The notes under the pieces: generated by a model | The model's database searches: none | What the model was told of the DNA's origin: nothing | What the model saw: the letters and a program-made list of their open reading frames with translations, nothing else | Virus record (IMG/VR): IMGVR_UViG_3300017765_000017 | From: a virus | DNA: 33,691 bases | Direction: 5' to 3' (one strand) | Made by a program: the position numbers and the translations under genes | Shown: piece by piece, positions 1-6,764 of the stretch | Numbering within the stretch: position 1 is the first letter of the stretch | Layout: each line of letters opens with the position of its first letter

Positions 1-123
1 AAACCGCATCAAAGCTGAAAAAGCTAGTATGAATGCGCTAACACCAAGCCAGCGTGAAGCAATCAAAAAAGCGCATAATGCTTTGCGTGATTTTGTCAAT
101 GAATGGTCAGACGGCTTTGACCT
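1..123. repeat. Terminal direct repeat copy 1, identical to 33569..33691. Indicates a circular or terminally redundant 33,568-bp genome.
   Basis: The first 123 nt (aaaccgcatcaaagctg...ggctttgacct) match the last 123 nt of the window base for base. Confidence 0.95.
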
Positions 124-208
124 TTATAACGCCGAAACACCGCGCAACATAAGCACGGCTTTCTGGCAAATGCACCATCATTTTCATTTAGATGATGATG
201 ATGTTTGA
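2..208 (+). CDS. C-terminal part of an 80-aa hypothetical protein whose ATG is at 33534 (junction-spanning ORF)
   Basis: The frame opened at ATG 33534 continues through the repeat into position 2 and ends at TGA 206-208. It ends in a His-rich/acidic tail (...WQMHHHFHLDDDDV). Confidence 0.6.
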   Translation, partial: NRIKAEKASMNALTPSQREAIKKAHNALRDFVNEWSDGFDLYNAETPRNISTAFWQMHHHFHLDDDDV

Positions 209-425
209 GGCATTAGTCGGAATGTGCATCATGCTATCGGTAAACGGCGACAGGGTTAACCCTTGCTGGATAAAAGCCGATAGCAAGGTGTACATGTCAG
301 CATCTGCTTGTGAGGCGGATGCCCGCCGATTAGAGCGCGACTATGTGCAACAGTTGGTTAAGAAATCAGATGAACCAGTCGTGGCGCATGTCGTCTGCAA
401 TCCAATAAAGGGAAACCAATCATGA
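192..425 (+). CDS. Hypothetical early protein with a hydrophobic N-terminus
   Basis: 77-aa track ORF with four tandem ATGs (192-203) overlapping the upstream stop. Same strand as its neighbours. ATGA overlap with the next ORF at 422. Confidence 0.55.
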   Translation: MMMMFEALVGMCIMLSVNGDRVNPCWIKADSKVYMSASACEADARRLERDYVQQLVKKSDEPVVAHVVCNPIKGNQS

Positions 426-685
426 CCAGTTCAAAACGCCAGACGGTCAGCATCAACGACAAATTCAAAGTTGATGTTGACCCATACAACCACACGCTGA
501 TGCAGCACATGCCCAGCCCACAACGGCCTGACCATTGGGAAGTGGTTGGGTACTACAGCACGATGGCGGGTGCTCTTAACAAGCTGACCCAGACGACCGT
601 CCTTGACGGTGCAGACGCTGACCTTATCAGCTATTGCCAAGCCATACTGGATGAAGCCAAAGCGGTCTGCCATCACAGCAAATAA
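422..685 (+). CDS. Hypothetical early protein
   Basis: 87-aa ORF coupled by ATGA to the upstream ORF and followed by a terminator hairpin. The antisense ORF 431..676 is treated as a shadow. Confidence 0.6.
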   Translation: MTSSKRQTVSINDKFKVDVDPYNHTLMQHMPSPQRPDHWEVVGYYSTMAGALNKLTQTTVLDGADADLISYCQAILDEAKAVCHHSK

Positions 686-694
686 CCAGTGTCA

Positions 695-712
695 CTAAAA
701 TAGCTATTTTAG
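695..712. repeat. Perfect 18-bp palindrome CTAAAATAG/CTATTTTAG
   Basis: Read directly from the sequence. Lies between convergent genes and also contains TAGCTA-ttt-TAGCTA. Confidence 0.9.
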
Positions 713-733
713 CTAGTTTTGCGACAGAGGATC

Positions 734-761
734 AGCCCGGCATTAACCGGGCTTTTCTTTT
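734..761. terminator. Rho-independent, probably bidirectional terminator between convergent transcription units
   Basis: Stem AGCCCGG / CCGGGCT with loop cattaa, followed by TTTTCTTTT. An A/T-rich stretch lies on the other side. Confidence 0.7.
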
Positions 762-762
762 G

Positions 763-1590
763 CTAGAACGGTTTCGGCAAACCTAGACCAATCGCCTTCC
801 ACGATTCATCTGTCTGGTCGGTTAGCATAAAAGCATTAACTGCCTTGAGGATGTCATCATATTTGAAGAACTGATCCTTATACTGATGCGCCAGCTTCAA
901 AGCGGCTGATTTCGCATATTCCTCTTGCTTAGGTGACAGCGTGGCTACCTTCTTGCTCTGACATGCCTTCTTTGGGGCATTGGCGGCACTAGGACGGCGT
1001 TTGACCTCTCTTCGCACCCAACCCTGCCAAAATGCCTTTAAGGACGCATAGGCGGCTTTATTTCCGCCTTGCTCATTCCAGATGCGAATATCCTCTAACA
1101 CCTCTTGCCAATCAAGGCCGCGATCAGTGGCATAGACCTTGTCCTCAGTGTCTGGCACCCAGCCCATTAAAAGCTGTTTTTTCTGCCGCTGTAATTTATT
1201 TGATTTAGTTATATCTGTCTTTTGTTCTTTCTGTTCTTTGTAAGTGTCCTTAAAAACCGGATCCGGTTTTCCCGTATCCGGAAAATGCGGACACGGTGAA
1301 TCCATAACGAAATAGCGGGTTTCAGCAAATTGACCATCATTACGAGCAGATTCGCGCCGCATATATCCTAGCTGTTCCAAGTTTGCCAAAATTCGGTACA
1401 CCTTGTCCTTGCCCCAGCCGAATCGGTTACGCAGATTAGTCGGCCTCACTTGCCAGTCATTCGGCTTTGAAAGCAGATACACCAGCACCGCCAGTGCATC
1501 GCTTGTCAGGTTCTCATCATTAATCATTTCATTGGGCAGCACCGCAAAGTTCTCTTGCAGGTTACTGCGAATTATCAGTGTGTCTGTCAT
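763..1590 (-). CDS. Replication initiation protein (N-terminal winged-helix/HTH, phage O / DnaD-like type)
   Basis: The N-terminus (FAVLPNEMINDENLTSDALAVLVYLLSKPNDWQVRPTNLRNRFGWGKDKVYRILANLEQLGYMRRE) is typical of phage/plasmid replication HTH proteins. A charged KEQKEQK linker is encoded by an AT-rich tract. Confidence 0.65.
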   Translation of the reverse strand: MTDTLIIRSNLQENFAVLPNEMINDENLTSDALAVLVYLLSKPNDWQVRPTNLRNRFGWGKDKVYRILANLEQLGYMRRESARNDGQFAETRYFVMDSPCPHFPDTGKPDPVFKDTYKEQKEQKTDITKSNKLQRQKKQLLMGWVPDTEDKVYATDRGLDWQEVLEDIRIWNEQGGNKAAYASLKAFWQGWVRREVKRRPSAANAPKKACQSKKVATLSPKQEEYAKSAALKLAHQYKDQFFKYDDILKAVNAFMLTDQTDESWKAIGLGLPKPF

Positions 1591-1591
1591 T

Positions 1592-2020
1592 CTATTCCCC
1601 TATCACTTTAAATCTGCTGATCTCAAAATGAGCCACCAGCCCCACATCTTGACTGTCGCCCCGGTCGCGTCTGCCACCAAAGCCAACGTCAAAATCCTCT
1701 GCAAAATTGATCGTTGCAAGTTTGTCAGTCCATTGCACGATCAGATAGCTATCCAGCCCGGTATGCTTTGACAGGTCACGAGCAGCCATCACCTTGTCGA
1801 GGTTGAGCATCATAGTCGGATACCTGTTCATCGGGTTCGTCCTGACCTTGACCTCACAGAAAAACCAGACAAAGCCACTAGCCATTTTGTGCATAGCAAA
1901 GTCCAGCTTGTAACTGATCGGCAGTTTCTTGTAGTCGGCGTTCAGATGCAGCGACACCCTCTCAATGACCTCATGCTCATTACGCAAATCTTGTGCGCTC
2001 TCATATAACGGTCTATTCAT
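1592..2020 (-). CDS. Putative PD-(D/E)XK-fold nuclease-like protein
   Basis: D...E-V-K arrangement (LDFAMH...FFCEVKVR). ATG 2020 overlaps the upstream TGA, with a GGGGGAG RBS. Confidence 0.4.
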   Translation of the reverse strand: MNRPLYESAQDLRNEHEVIERVSLHLNADYKKLPISYKLDFAMHKMASGFVWFFCEVKVRTNPMNRYPTMMLNLDKVMAARDLSKHTGLDSYLIVQWTDKLATINFAEDFDVGFGGRRDRGDSQDVGLVAHFEISRFKVIGE

Positions 2021-2340
2021 CACTCCCCCTTAAACTCATAATCCTGATTATCAGATGTCTTTATCTTGTGACAGTTGGCGCATAGCAGTTGATACACGTC
2101 CTTCGGGTCAGCACCAGCATCAACCATTGAGTTGATGGTGTTTGTGTTCTGCTGACCGTTCATCTTTACCTTGCCATTAGTGCGCCACTGTATCGGCTTG
2201 ATATGGTCAAACTCAAGCACACGATAATCACCGTTACCGCACTCAATGCACGAACCGCCCAAAGCATCTATCGCCAGCCTTCTACGTCTTACCCTTGACC
2301 GCCGTTGCACTGTCCGGCGTTGCTCCGATGTATATGCCAT
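2020..2340 (-). CDS. HNH endonuclease
   Basis: CIECGNGDYRVLEFDHIKP ... LLCANCHKIKT (Cys pairs plus the H-N-H core). I prefer the internal ATG 2340 because it forms a TAATG overlap with the upstream stop. Confidence 0.8.
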   Translation of the reverse strand: MAYTSEQRRTVQRRSRVRRRRLAIDALGGSCIECGNGDYRVLEFDHIKPIQWRTNGKVKMNGQQNTNTINSMVDAGADPKDVYQLLCANCHKIKTSDNQDYEFKGE

Positions 2341-2726
2341 TACGCCCAGCTTTCCCTGACCAACATGCACCACGTTTCAAAGCTGATCGTTGCAAGGTCA
2401 TCCTTGCCAGCATAGTCAGCGTTAATGCTGGACAGTCGCACCACACAGCGTATCGGCTGGCGGTCATATTTGTAGATCAGCACAGGCTCAGTACCAGATG
2501 CGTCACTGGCACGTTCAACCTGTGACCACCACTCATCTTTGTGTGTGACGCCGTGAGCATACCTCTTGGCTTCGACAGTCCAGCCGTCAATGCCAATCAG
2601 GTCGCCGTGGTCTGCGGCTCTGTATTGTTCGATGTCTCTTTTCACATCGTCAATACCCAGTTCGTCCATACACATACGAGCCAATTCGCGTTCAAAATTG
2701 GCACCCTTCCGGCGTCCGTTAGTCAT
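2340..2726 (-). CDS. Holliday-junction resolvase-like nuclease (Hjc / PD-(D/E)XK type)
   Basis: N-terminal RRKGANFERELA followed by D...GIDGWTVEAKRY (D, E-x-K), as in archaeal Hjc-type resolvases. ATGA coupling with the upstream ORF. Confidence 0.6.
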   Translation of the reverse strand: MTNGRRKGANFERELARMCMDELGIDDVKRDIEQYRAADHGDLIGIDGWTVEAKRYAHGVTHKDEWWSQVERASDASGTEPVLIYKYDRQPIRCVVRLSSINADYAGKDDLATISFETWCMLVRESWA

Positions 2727-2962
2727 TTGACCTTCTCCCCATTGCCGCGAAAATCACCCATATCAACGCCGCCCATTAGCTGGCCTTCAGCCAATGACCG
2801 CTTGCTGTACTGACCGTGCTTGTCAGCATCACCTGATGCCGCCGGGTCATCCTCAAAGTTCGGGCAACCCATATTCAATAGTCGCAGCTTTTCAAACTCA
2901 GTCGCGTGGTCAATCGTGTGATTAAACTGGTTCTTATAAAGAATAGATGGTTTTTTAAACAT
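2723..2962 (-). CDS. Hypothetical protein
   Basis: Track ORF, same strand as its neighbours. ATG 2962 is preceded by a GGAGA RBS. Confidence 0.5.
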   Translation of the reverse strand: MFKKPSILYKNQFNHTIDHATEFEKLRLLNMGCPNFEDDPAASGDADKHGQYSKRSLAEGQLMGGVDMGDFRGNGEKVK

Positions 2963-3152
2963 CAAAATCTCCGCACCAATCTTTCAGCCCGACCTTGCCG
3001 CCTGACCACTTATACAACTCCATCATCTTTTGCCCTGATGGTGGTGTCCGATGATAAATCCAGTTATTCACTGACGCTCTTGTGACATTCATAGTCCTTG
3101 CTAGTTCAGACTGTGTAATGCCCCGCATCATCATATATTCTGCCAGTTTCAC
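2955..3152 (-). CDS. Cro/CI-family (XRE/YdaS-like) HTH transcriptional regulator
   Basis: GITQSELARTMNVTRASVNNWI helix-turn-helix. GTG start with an AGGAGA RBS 5 nt upstream. First gene of the leftward operon, facing a divergent promoter region. Confidence 0.75.
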   Translation of the reverse strand: MKLAEYMMMRGITQSELARTMNVTRASVNNWIYHRTPPSGQKMMELYKWSGGKVGLKDWCGDFDV

Positions 3153-3176
3153 TTGGTTCTCCTACAAATATAAATT

Positions 3177-3235
3177 AACATTATGTCAATCTGTATAAAA
3201 TTATTGTTGACAGGTCAAATACTATTTCGTAACAA
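3177..3235. promoter_or_regulatory. Divergent control region: rightward sigma70-like promoter plus TTGAC/GTCAA half-sites and an AACATTATG box
   Basis: TTGACA (3207-3212), a 17-nt spacer, then TAACAA (3230-3235). Inverted TTGAC-ag-GTCAA at 3207-3218, GTCAA at 3185-3189, and AACATTATGTCAAT at 3177-3190. Confidence 0.45.
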
Positions 3236-3271
3236 AGGGTATCAAGCCAATCACGGCCAAGGGAGTTACAA

Positions 3272-4102
3272 ATGGATTTATTAGAAAAAATGAAATCGGT
3301 AGGTGTCTACCATTTCTCACCAAGCCAGTTAAATCGTCCATTGGCGAACTGGATGTTTGAATATGTTTACCTAGCAAAAGAGAAACGCCGCGAGATAATC
3401 GTCGGTGAGAACGCAGCTTTCGGTACTGCCGTGCATACAGTCATACAGGCTGTCGTGTGCCACGGTCAGGACATTGATGAGGCTGTTGAGGAATCTACAA
3501 CAGGTTATGACTTTCACCCTGCAAACTTCTCACAAGATAAGCGTGACAAGTTTCGTGAACTGATACCAGCCGCCGCCAGTGTCGGCATCGACCTACTATC
3601 TCCCTTGTTTGCTGGCGCTCAAGAAGAGCGCAAGATCGAACTGATGCTGGACGGTGTGCTGGTGCCTATTATGGGCTATGTCGATTTGTTTAAGGACGGT
3701 TCACTGGCAGAGATTAAGACCAAGGCACCCCGGCAGGGTCAGGTCAAGAAGGATGGCACTAGAAGCTGGACTAAGGCTTCACTGCCAAAGGAACCAGCGT
3801 GGGAGCATATTATGCAAGCCGCTGTGTATTGGAAGGCCACAGGTGCAACGCCTAACATTGCGTATGTATCGTCTACTGATGGCGTTATCTACAACTCAGA
3901 TAACTGCGAAAAAATGTCAGAGGACGTTCTGAATTTTGCCATTGAGGAGATCCGGCGTAAGGCTATTACCCGGCAGAACTTGTTGGCAGTAAGCACCGAT
4001 CCAAAGGTGCTGGCTGGTTTGATGGAGCCAGACTTCAATCATCCATTCTATTGGGGACATCAATTCGTAAATGATGCAAAGGAGTTATGGAGCAATGTCT
4101 AA
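3272..4102 (+). CDS. PD-(D/E)XK exonuclease (RecB/Cas4-like recombination exonuclease)
   Basis: GYVDLFKDGSLAEIKTK (D...E-x-K) and a downstream QAAVYW (QxxxY) motif. GGGAG RBS. Lies upstream of the annealase gene. Confidence 0.7.
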   Translation: MDLLEKMKSVGVYHFSPSQLNRPLANWMFEYVYLAKEKRREIIVGENAAFGTAVHTVIQAVVCHGQDIDEAVEESTTGYDFHPANFSQDKRDKFRELIPAAASVGIDLLSPLFAGAQEERKIELMLDGVLVPIMGYVDLFKDGSLAEIKTKAPRQGQVKKDGTRSWTKASLPKEPAWEHIMQAAVYWKATGATPNIAYVSSTDGVIYNSDNCEKMSEDVLNFAIEEIRRKAITRQNLLAVSTDPKVLAGLMEPDFNHPFYWGHQFVNDAKELWSNV

Positions 4103-4280
4103 ATATCTATTGATAATGGTCACTCTGACTGGCTTTGAGGATGCAAAGGTGGATGTCATTGGTACATTTGACACTATCTCTGAATGTCACGTTGCAAAGA
4201 CTACGACTACGTTCAAGCAAAATCCTGATAACTATTTCTGCTTTACTACACGCCGTGGCGTAGATTGGAGTGTCAAATGA
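4095..4280 (+). CDS. Small hypothetical protein with a hydrophobic N-terminus
   Basis: Internal ATG 4095 with a GGAG RBS (MSKYLLIMVTLTGF...). ATGA overlap with the next gene. Confidence 0.45.
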   Translation: MSKYLLIMVTLTGFEDAKVDVIGTFDTISECHVAKTTTTFKQNPDNYFCFTTRRGVDWSVK

Positions 4281-4975
4281 GTAATGTATGGGAAACACTG
4301 AGCAAGATTGATTGCTCAAAGCATGTCGAAAAGAAAAACGGTTTTACCTACCTGTCGTGGGCGTGGGCTTGGACTATTCTCAAGCAGCACTACCCGACAG
4401 CACAGGTAACAAAGCATCTGTTCCAAGTGAACGGCAACCAACTGCCGTACATGCTGGACGCAGACGGTCACGCATATGTGACTGTTACGGTCAAGATTAT
4501 GCCAGAGGGTAACGCAAGTGCTGTCACCCCACTGGAATCAGCTACAGAGATTATGCCTGTACTGAATCACGCTAATCGTCCAATCAAGAACCCGAACAGC
4601 TTTGAGGTCAATGCCTCACTGCAACGCTGTATGGTCAAGGCAATCGCCTTGCTGGGTCTTGGTTGCTACATTTACGCTGGCGAGGATTTGCCAGCAACGT
4701 CTGACGCTGGTGGTGGGAGCAGCCTTCCACGCAAGCCAGCAGCGGGGCGTACCCCATCGTCAAACACTTCCGAAACTTGTGATGAGAATACCTCTAGCGG
4801 CGGTGGGGTACAGAAGCCCAAAAAGATTGCGTCTCCTCTTACAGAAGAGCAGGAGATTGCAATGGCCCCAGACAGAGAATCTCTCAGAAGTTTGTATGTG
4901 AGAATGGGGCCTAAAGCGAAAGACTTTAATTATCTATTCACTAAACGTTTAAAGGAGTTAGAAGCTAATGGCTGA
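4277..4975 (+). CDS. Rad52-like single-strand annealing protein (Sak / DUF1071 type)
   Basis: GFTYLSWAWAWTILKQHYP is the hallmark N-terminal motif of the Sak/DUF1071 annealases. A low-complexity Gly/Ser/Pro C-terminal tail follows. Confidence 0.7.
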   Translation: MSNVWETLSKIDCSKHVEKKNGFTYLSWAWAWTILKQHYPTAQVTKHLFQVNGNQLPYMLDADGHAYVTVTVKIMPEGNASAVTPLESATEIMPVLNHANRPIKNPNSFEVNASLQRCMVKAIALLGLGCYIYAGEDLPATSDAGGGSSLPRKPAAGRTPSSNTSETCDENTSSGGGVQKPKKIASPLTEEQEIAMAPDRESLRSLYVRMGPKAKDFNYLFTKRLKELEANG

Positions 4976-5222
4976 TTACGACAACAATATGCGGGGCGTA
5001 CTGTTCCCGAATGACAAGGGCGACAACCCAAAGCGTCCTGACATGACAGGCAATCTTGAAATCGAGGGTACGAAATACAGGGTATCTGCTTGGCAAAAAA
5101 CTAGCCAAAAAGGCACTGATTTTCTGTCCTTCGTGGTTGAAGAGGACGATGGGTCACGTCGTGCGGCACCGCAGCAAAATGGTGCCAATAATGAGCCATT
5201 AAATGACAGCATCCCCTTTTAA
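4968..5222 (+). CDS. Small SSB-slot protein: DUF736-like core with an SSB-type acidic C-terminal tip (..NDSIPF)
   Basis: YRVSAWQKTSQKGTDFLSFVVEEDD resembles the DUF736 core as I recall it. The last residues, D-S-I-P-F, mimic the bacterial SSB tip DDDIPF. Confidence 0.5.
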   Translation: MADYDNNMRGVLFPNDKGDNPKRPDMTGNLEIEGTKYRVSAWQKTSQKGTDFLSFVVEEDDGSRRAAPQQNGANNEPLNDSIPF

Positions 5223-5391
5223 GATCACCGTTGTAACTGATGGCCTCATTGTCCAGACGGATGATGAGGTCTATCGGGTGACGATGGACAAGGATGAAAT
5301 GATGAAGCTGTCAACGGAGATACTGTTGATGCTTACACAGAAAATGCGCGACAAAAGCAGTATGAATGGTTCTGGATATGTGGCCGGGTAA
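5203..5391 (+). CDS. Hypothetical protein
   Basis: 62-aa track ORF in the operon orientation. The start overlaps the upstream gene by 20 nt, so the exact start is uncertain. Confidence 0.4.
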   Translation: MTASPFKITVVTDGLIVQTDDEVYRVTMDKDEMMKLSTEILLMLTQKMRDKSSMNGSGYVAG

Positions 5392-5590
5392 GAAACGTAC
5401 CAAAACAGTAACGGTGAAACGCACGGTCAGGCCGGGTACATGCAGCTCTTGTGGCAAGGGATTTGATTGGAACATAGACCCCGGCATTGTGAACGGGGCA
5501 AAAAAGGAGTTTTGTGGACATGAATGTTTTCGGGAAAATATTGAAAAAGTGGTTCGGCACGACTACGGCGAGGACTTTGACAGCCTCTGA
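5366..5590 (+). CDS. Small zinc-finger protein (CxxC ... FCGHEC, FCS/TRASH-like)
   Basis: CSSCGKGF...KKEFCGHECF gives four Cys in CxxC/CxxxC spacing. Alternative start at ATG 5378. Confidence 0.5.
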   Translation: MVLDMWPGKKRTKTVTVKRTVRPGTCSSCGKGFDWNIDPGIVNGAKKEFCGHECFRENIEKVVRHDYGEDFDSL

Positions 5591-5906
5591 GATTGAGGCA
5601 CCAAAGCATCACTGCTTGCCGCCGATGGAGCGCATTATACGCGCTACATGCACAGTGACTGGCATTACTAGGAATGAGTTGCTGTCAGGTCGTAGGCCAG
5701 CAGAGTTTGTACATGCGCGGCATATCGCTATGTATCTGGCTCGTGAGTATACGACACTAAGCCTTCCTCAGATTGGTCGGGCGATGAACAAGGATCACAC
5801 AACGGTTCATTACGTTGCTAATAAGATGGCGAAGCGTGGCCGTGGTGCAACCAAAGTGAATCGTGACCTTGCCGCTGTAAAGAAGGCCGCTGGGTTAGAT
5901 GGCTGA
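5514..5906 (+). CDS. Stand-alone DnaA domain IV-like DNA-binding protein
   Basis: VHARHIAMYLAREYTTLSLPQIGRAMNKDHTTVHYVANKM matches the DnaA C-terminal HTH signature (R..AMYL....SL..IG.....DHTTV). The start is ambiguous: GTG 5514, ATG 5520 or ATG 5625. Confidence 0.75.
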   Translation: MDMNVFGKILKKWFGTTTARTLTASEIEAPKHHCLPPMERIIRATCTVTGITRNELLSGRRPAEFVHARHIAMYLAREYTTLSLPQIGRAMNKDHTTVHYVANKMAKRGRGATKVNRDLAAVKKAAGLDG

Positions 5907-6126
5907 CGATTTCGTTAATCACCCACCGCATTACAAGCAGGGTGACATAGAGTGTATTGATGCTATAAAGGCTGCACTTGGAGATGGCTACAAATACTAT
6001 CTTCAAGGCAGTATTATCAAGTATATCTGGAGATTTGAACATAAGCAGAATCCCGTTCAAGACTTACAGAAATCATCTTGGTATTTAGACAAACTTATAG
6101 CGGAAATACAGAATGGCGAGAACTAG
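5899..6126 (+). CDS. DUF3310-family protein
   Basis: NHPPHYKQGDIECIDAI...KYIWRFEHK is the characteristic DUF3310 pattern. Confidence 0.65.
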   Translation: MADDFVNHPPHYKQGDIECIDAIKAALGDGYKYYLQGSIIKYIWRFEHKQNPVQDLQKSSWYLDKLIAEIQNGEN

Positions 6127-6610
6127 GCATGTTGCCGTCAAATTTATTGGTCAAACTGTAGCCGGGCAAATCGGTGAACACATAGCAGCCGCCGCAATCT
6201 TACAGCAAGGTTGGGGCGTTGCTCTTGCCACTCAGGATTCTGTTGACTTAGTGGCTTGGAACAAGGACACCGGACAACGCCTTCTTATACAAGTAAAATC
6301 CGCTCAGATCAGTAGAAACAGTCGAAACAAATTAGAGTTTCAACTTGGCCTTGGCGGAAATAAACGCTTACCAACGCGCTATGATTTTGACATAATGGCT
6401 CTCGTTTCAAGCGAACAACGAGCGTGTTACTTTCTACCTGTAACAGCTATCAAACAGAAAAAGATGAATCGCAGCACTGGGTTTTTTGAGAACCCAGAGT
6501 TAGAAGCAGATTCTTGGCAAAAAGCAATAGAGGAACTTTATTATGAACCTACCAAACAGAAGACCTTGCGTGACCACAGACATTGGAGCCGGGCTGGCAG
6601 TGACAGTTAG
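6113..6610 (+). CDS. PD-(D/E)XK endonuclease (free-standing, intron-associated-type fold)
   Basis: GEHIAAAAILQQGWGVALATQDSVDLVAW...LLIQVKS gives the D-x-D...Q-V-K catalytic arrangement. Confidence 0.55.
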   Translation: MARTRHVAVKFIGQTVAGQIGEHIAAAAILQQGWGVALATQDSVDLVAWNKDTGQRLLIQVKSAQISRNSRNKLEFQLGLGGNKRLPTRYDFDIMALVSSEQRACYFLPVTAIKQKKMNRSTGFFENPELEADSWQKAIEELYYEPTKQKTLRDHRHWSRAGSDS

Positions 6611-6764
6611 CTTTCACCCGCATACAGGCGAGGCAGTTGAGGTATTTATGACTGGCCGTGGCAAGGCCAGCGACAACACACTTACTGAGGCACTGTACCA
6701 GTTAGGCGTAACGGCTTCTAAGCTGATGCAGGGCGAACATGATGAGGCTGAAGCAGTAGCATGA
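6543..6764 (+). CDS. Hypothetical protein (possibly TSCPD-like)
   Basis: 73-aa ORF with ATGA coupling to the endolysin gene. EVFMTGRGKASD...LGVTASKLMQG loosely recalls the TSCPD domain. It overlaps the upstream gene by 68 nt, so the start is uncertain. Confidence 0.35.
   Translation: MNLPNRRPCVTTDIGAGLAVTVSFHPHTGEAVEVFMTGRGKASDNTLTEALYQLGVTASKLMQGEHDEAEAVA

Noticed and set aside
431-676. Antisense or alternative-frame track ORFs such as 431..676, 1403..1771, 2282..2467, 2295..2525, 2541..2813, 3654..3932, 4107..4319, 4312..4512, 4602..4901, 4976..5212, 5333..5560 and many inside the late genes
   Set aside because: Each lies wholly within a longer ORF that has recognisable motifs or translational coupling. 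I see no RBS or conserved motif in any of them, so they are shadow ORFs.
1708-2396. Identical 13-mer TGATCGTTGCAAG at 1708 and 2384 as evidence of a recent duplication
   Set aside because: A handful of 13-mer matches is expected by chance in 33.6 kb, and the flanks do not match. I count it only as two members of the CTTGCAACG family.
3161-3189. The TTGACA on the minus strand (3189-3184) as the -35 of the Cro-like gene promoter
   Set aside because: Only 31 nt separate it from the GTG start, and no acceptable -10 lies at 16-18 nt spacing. It is more likely an operator half-site. The leftward promoter probably uses TTGACC (3218-3213) further upstream, but that -10 (TACAGA) is weak, so I do not call it.
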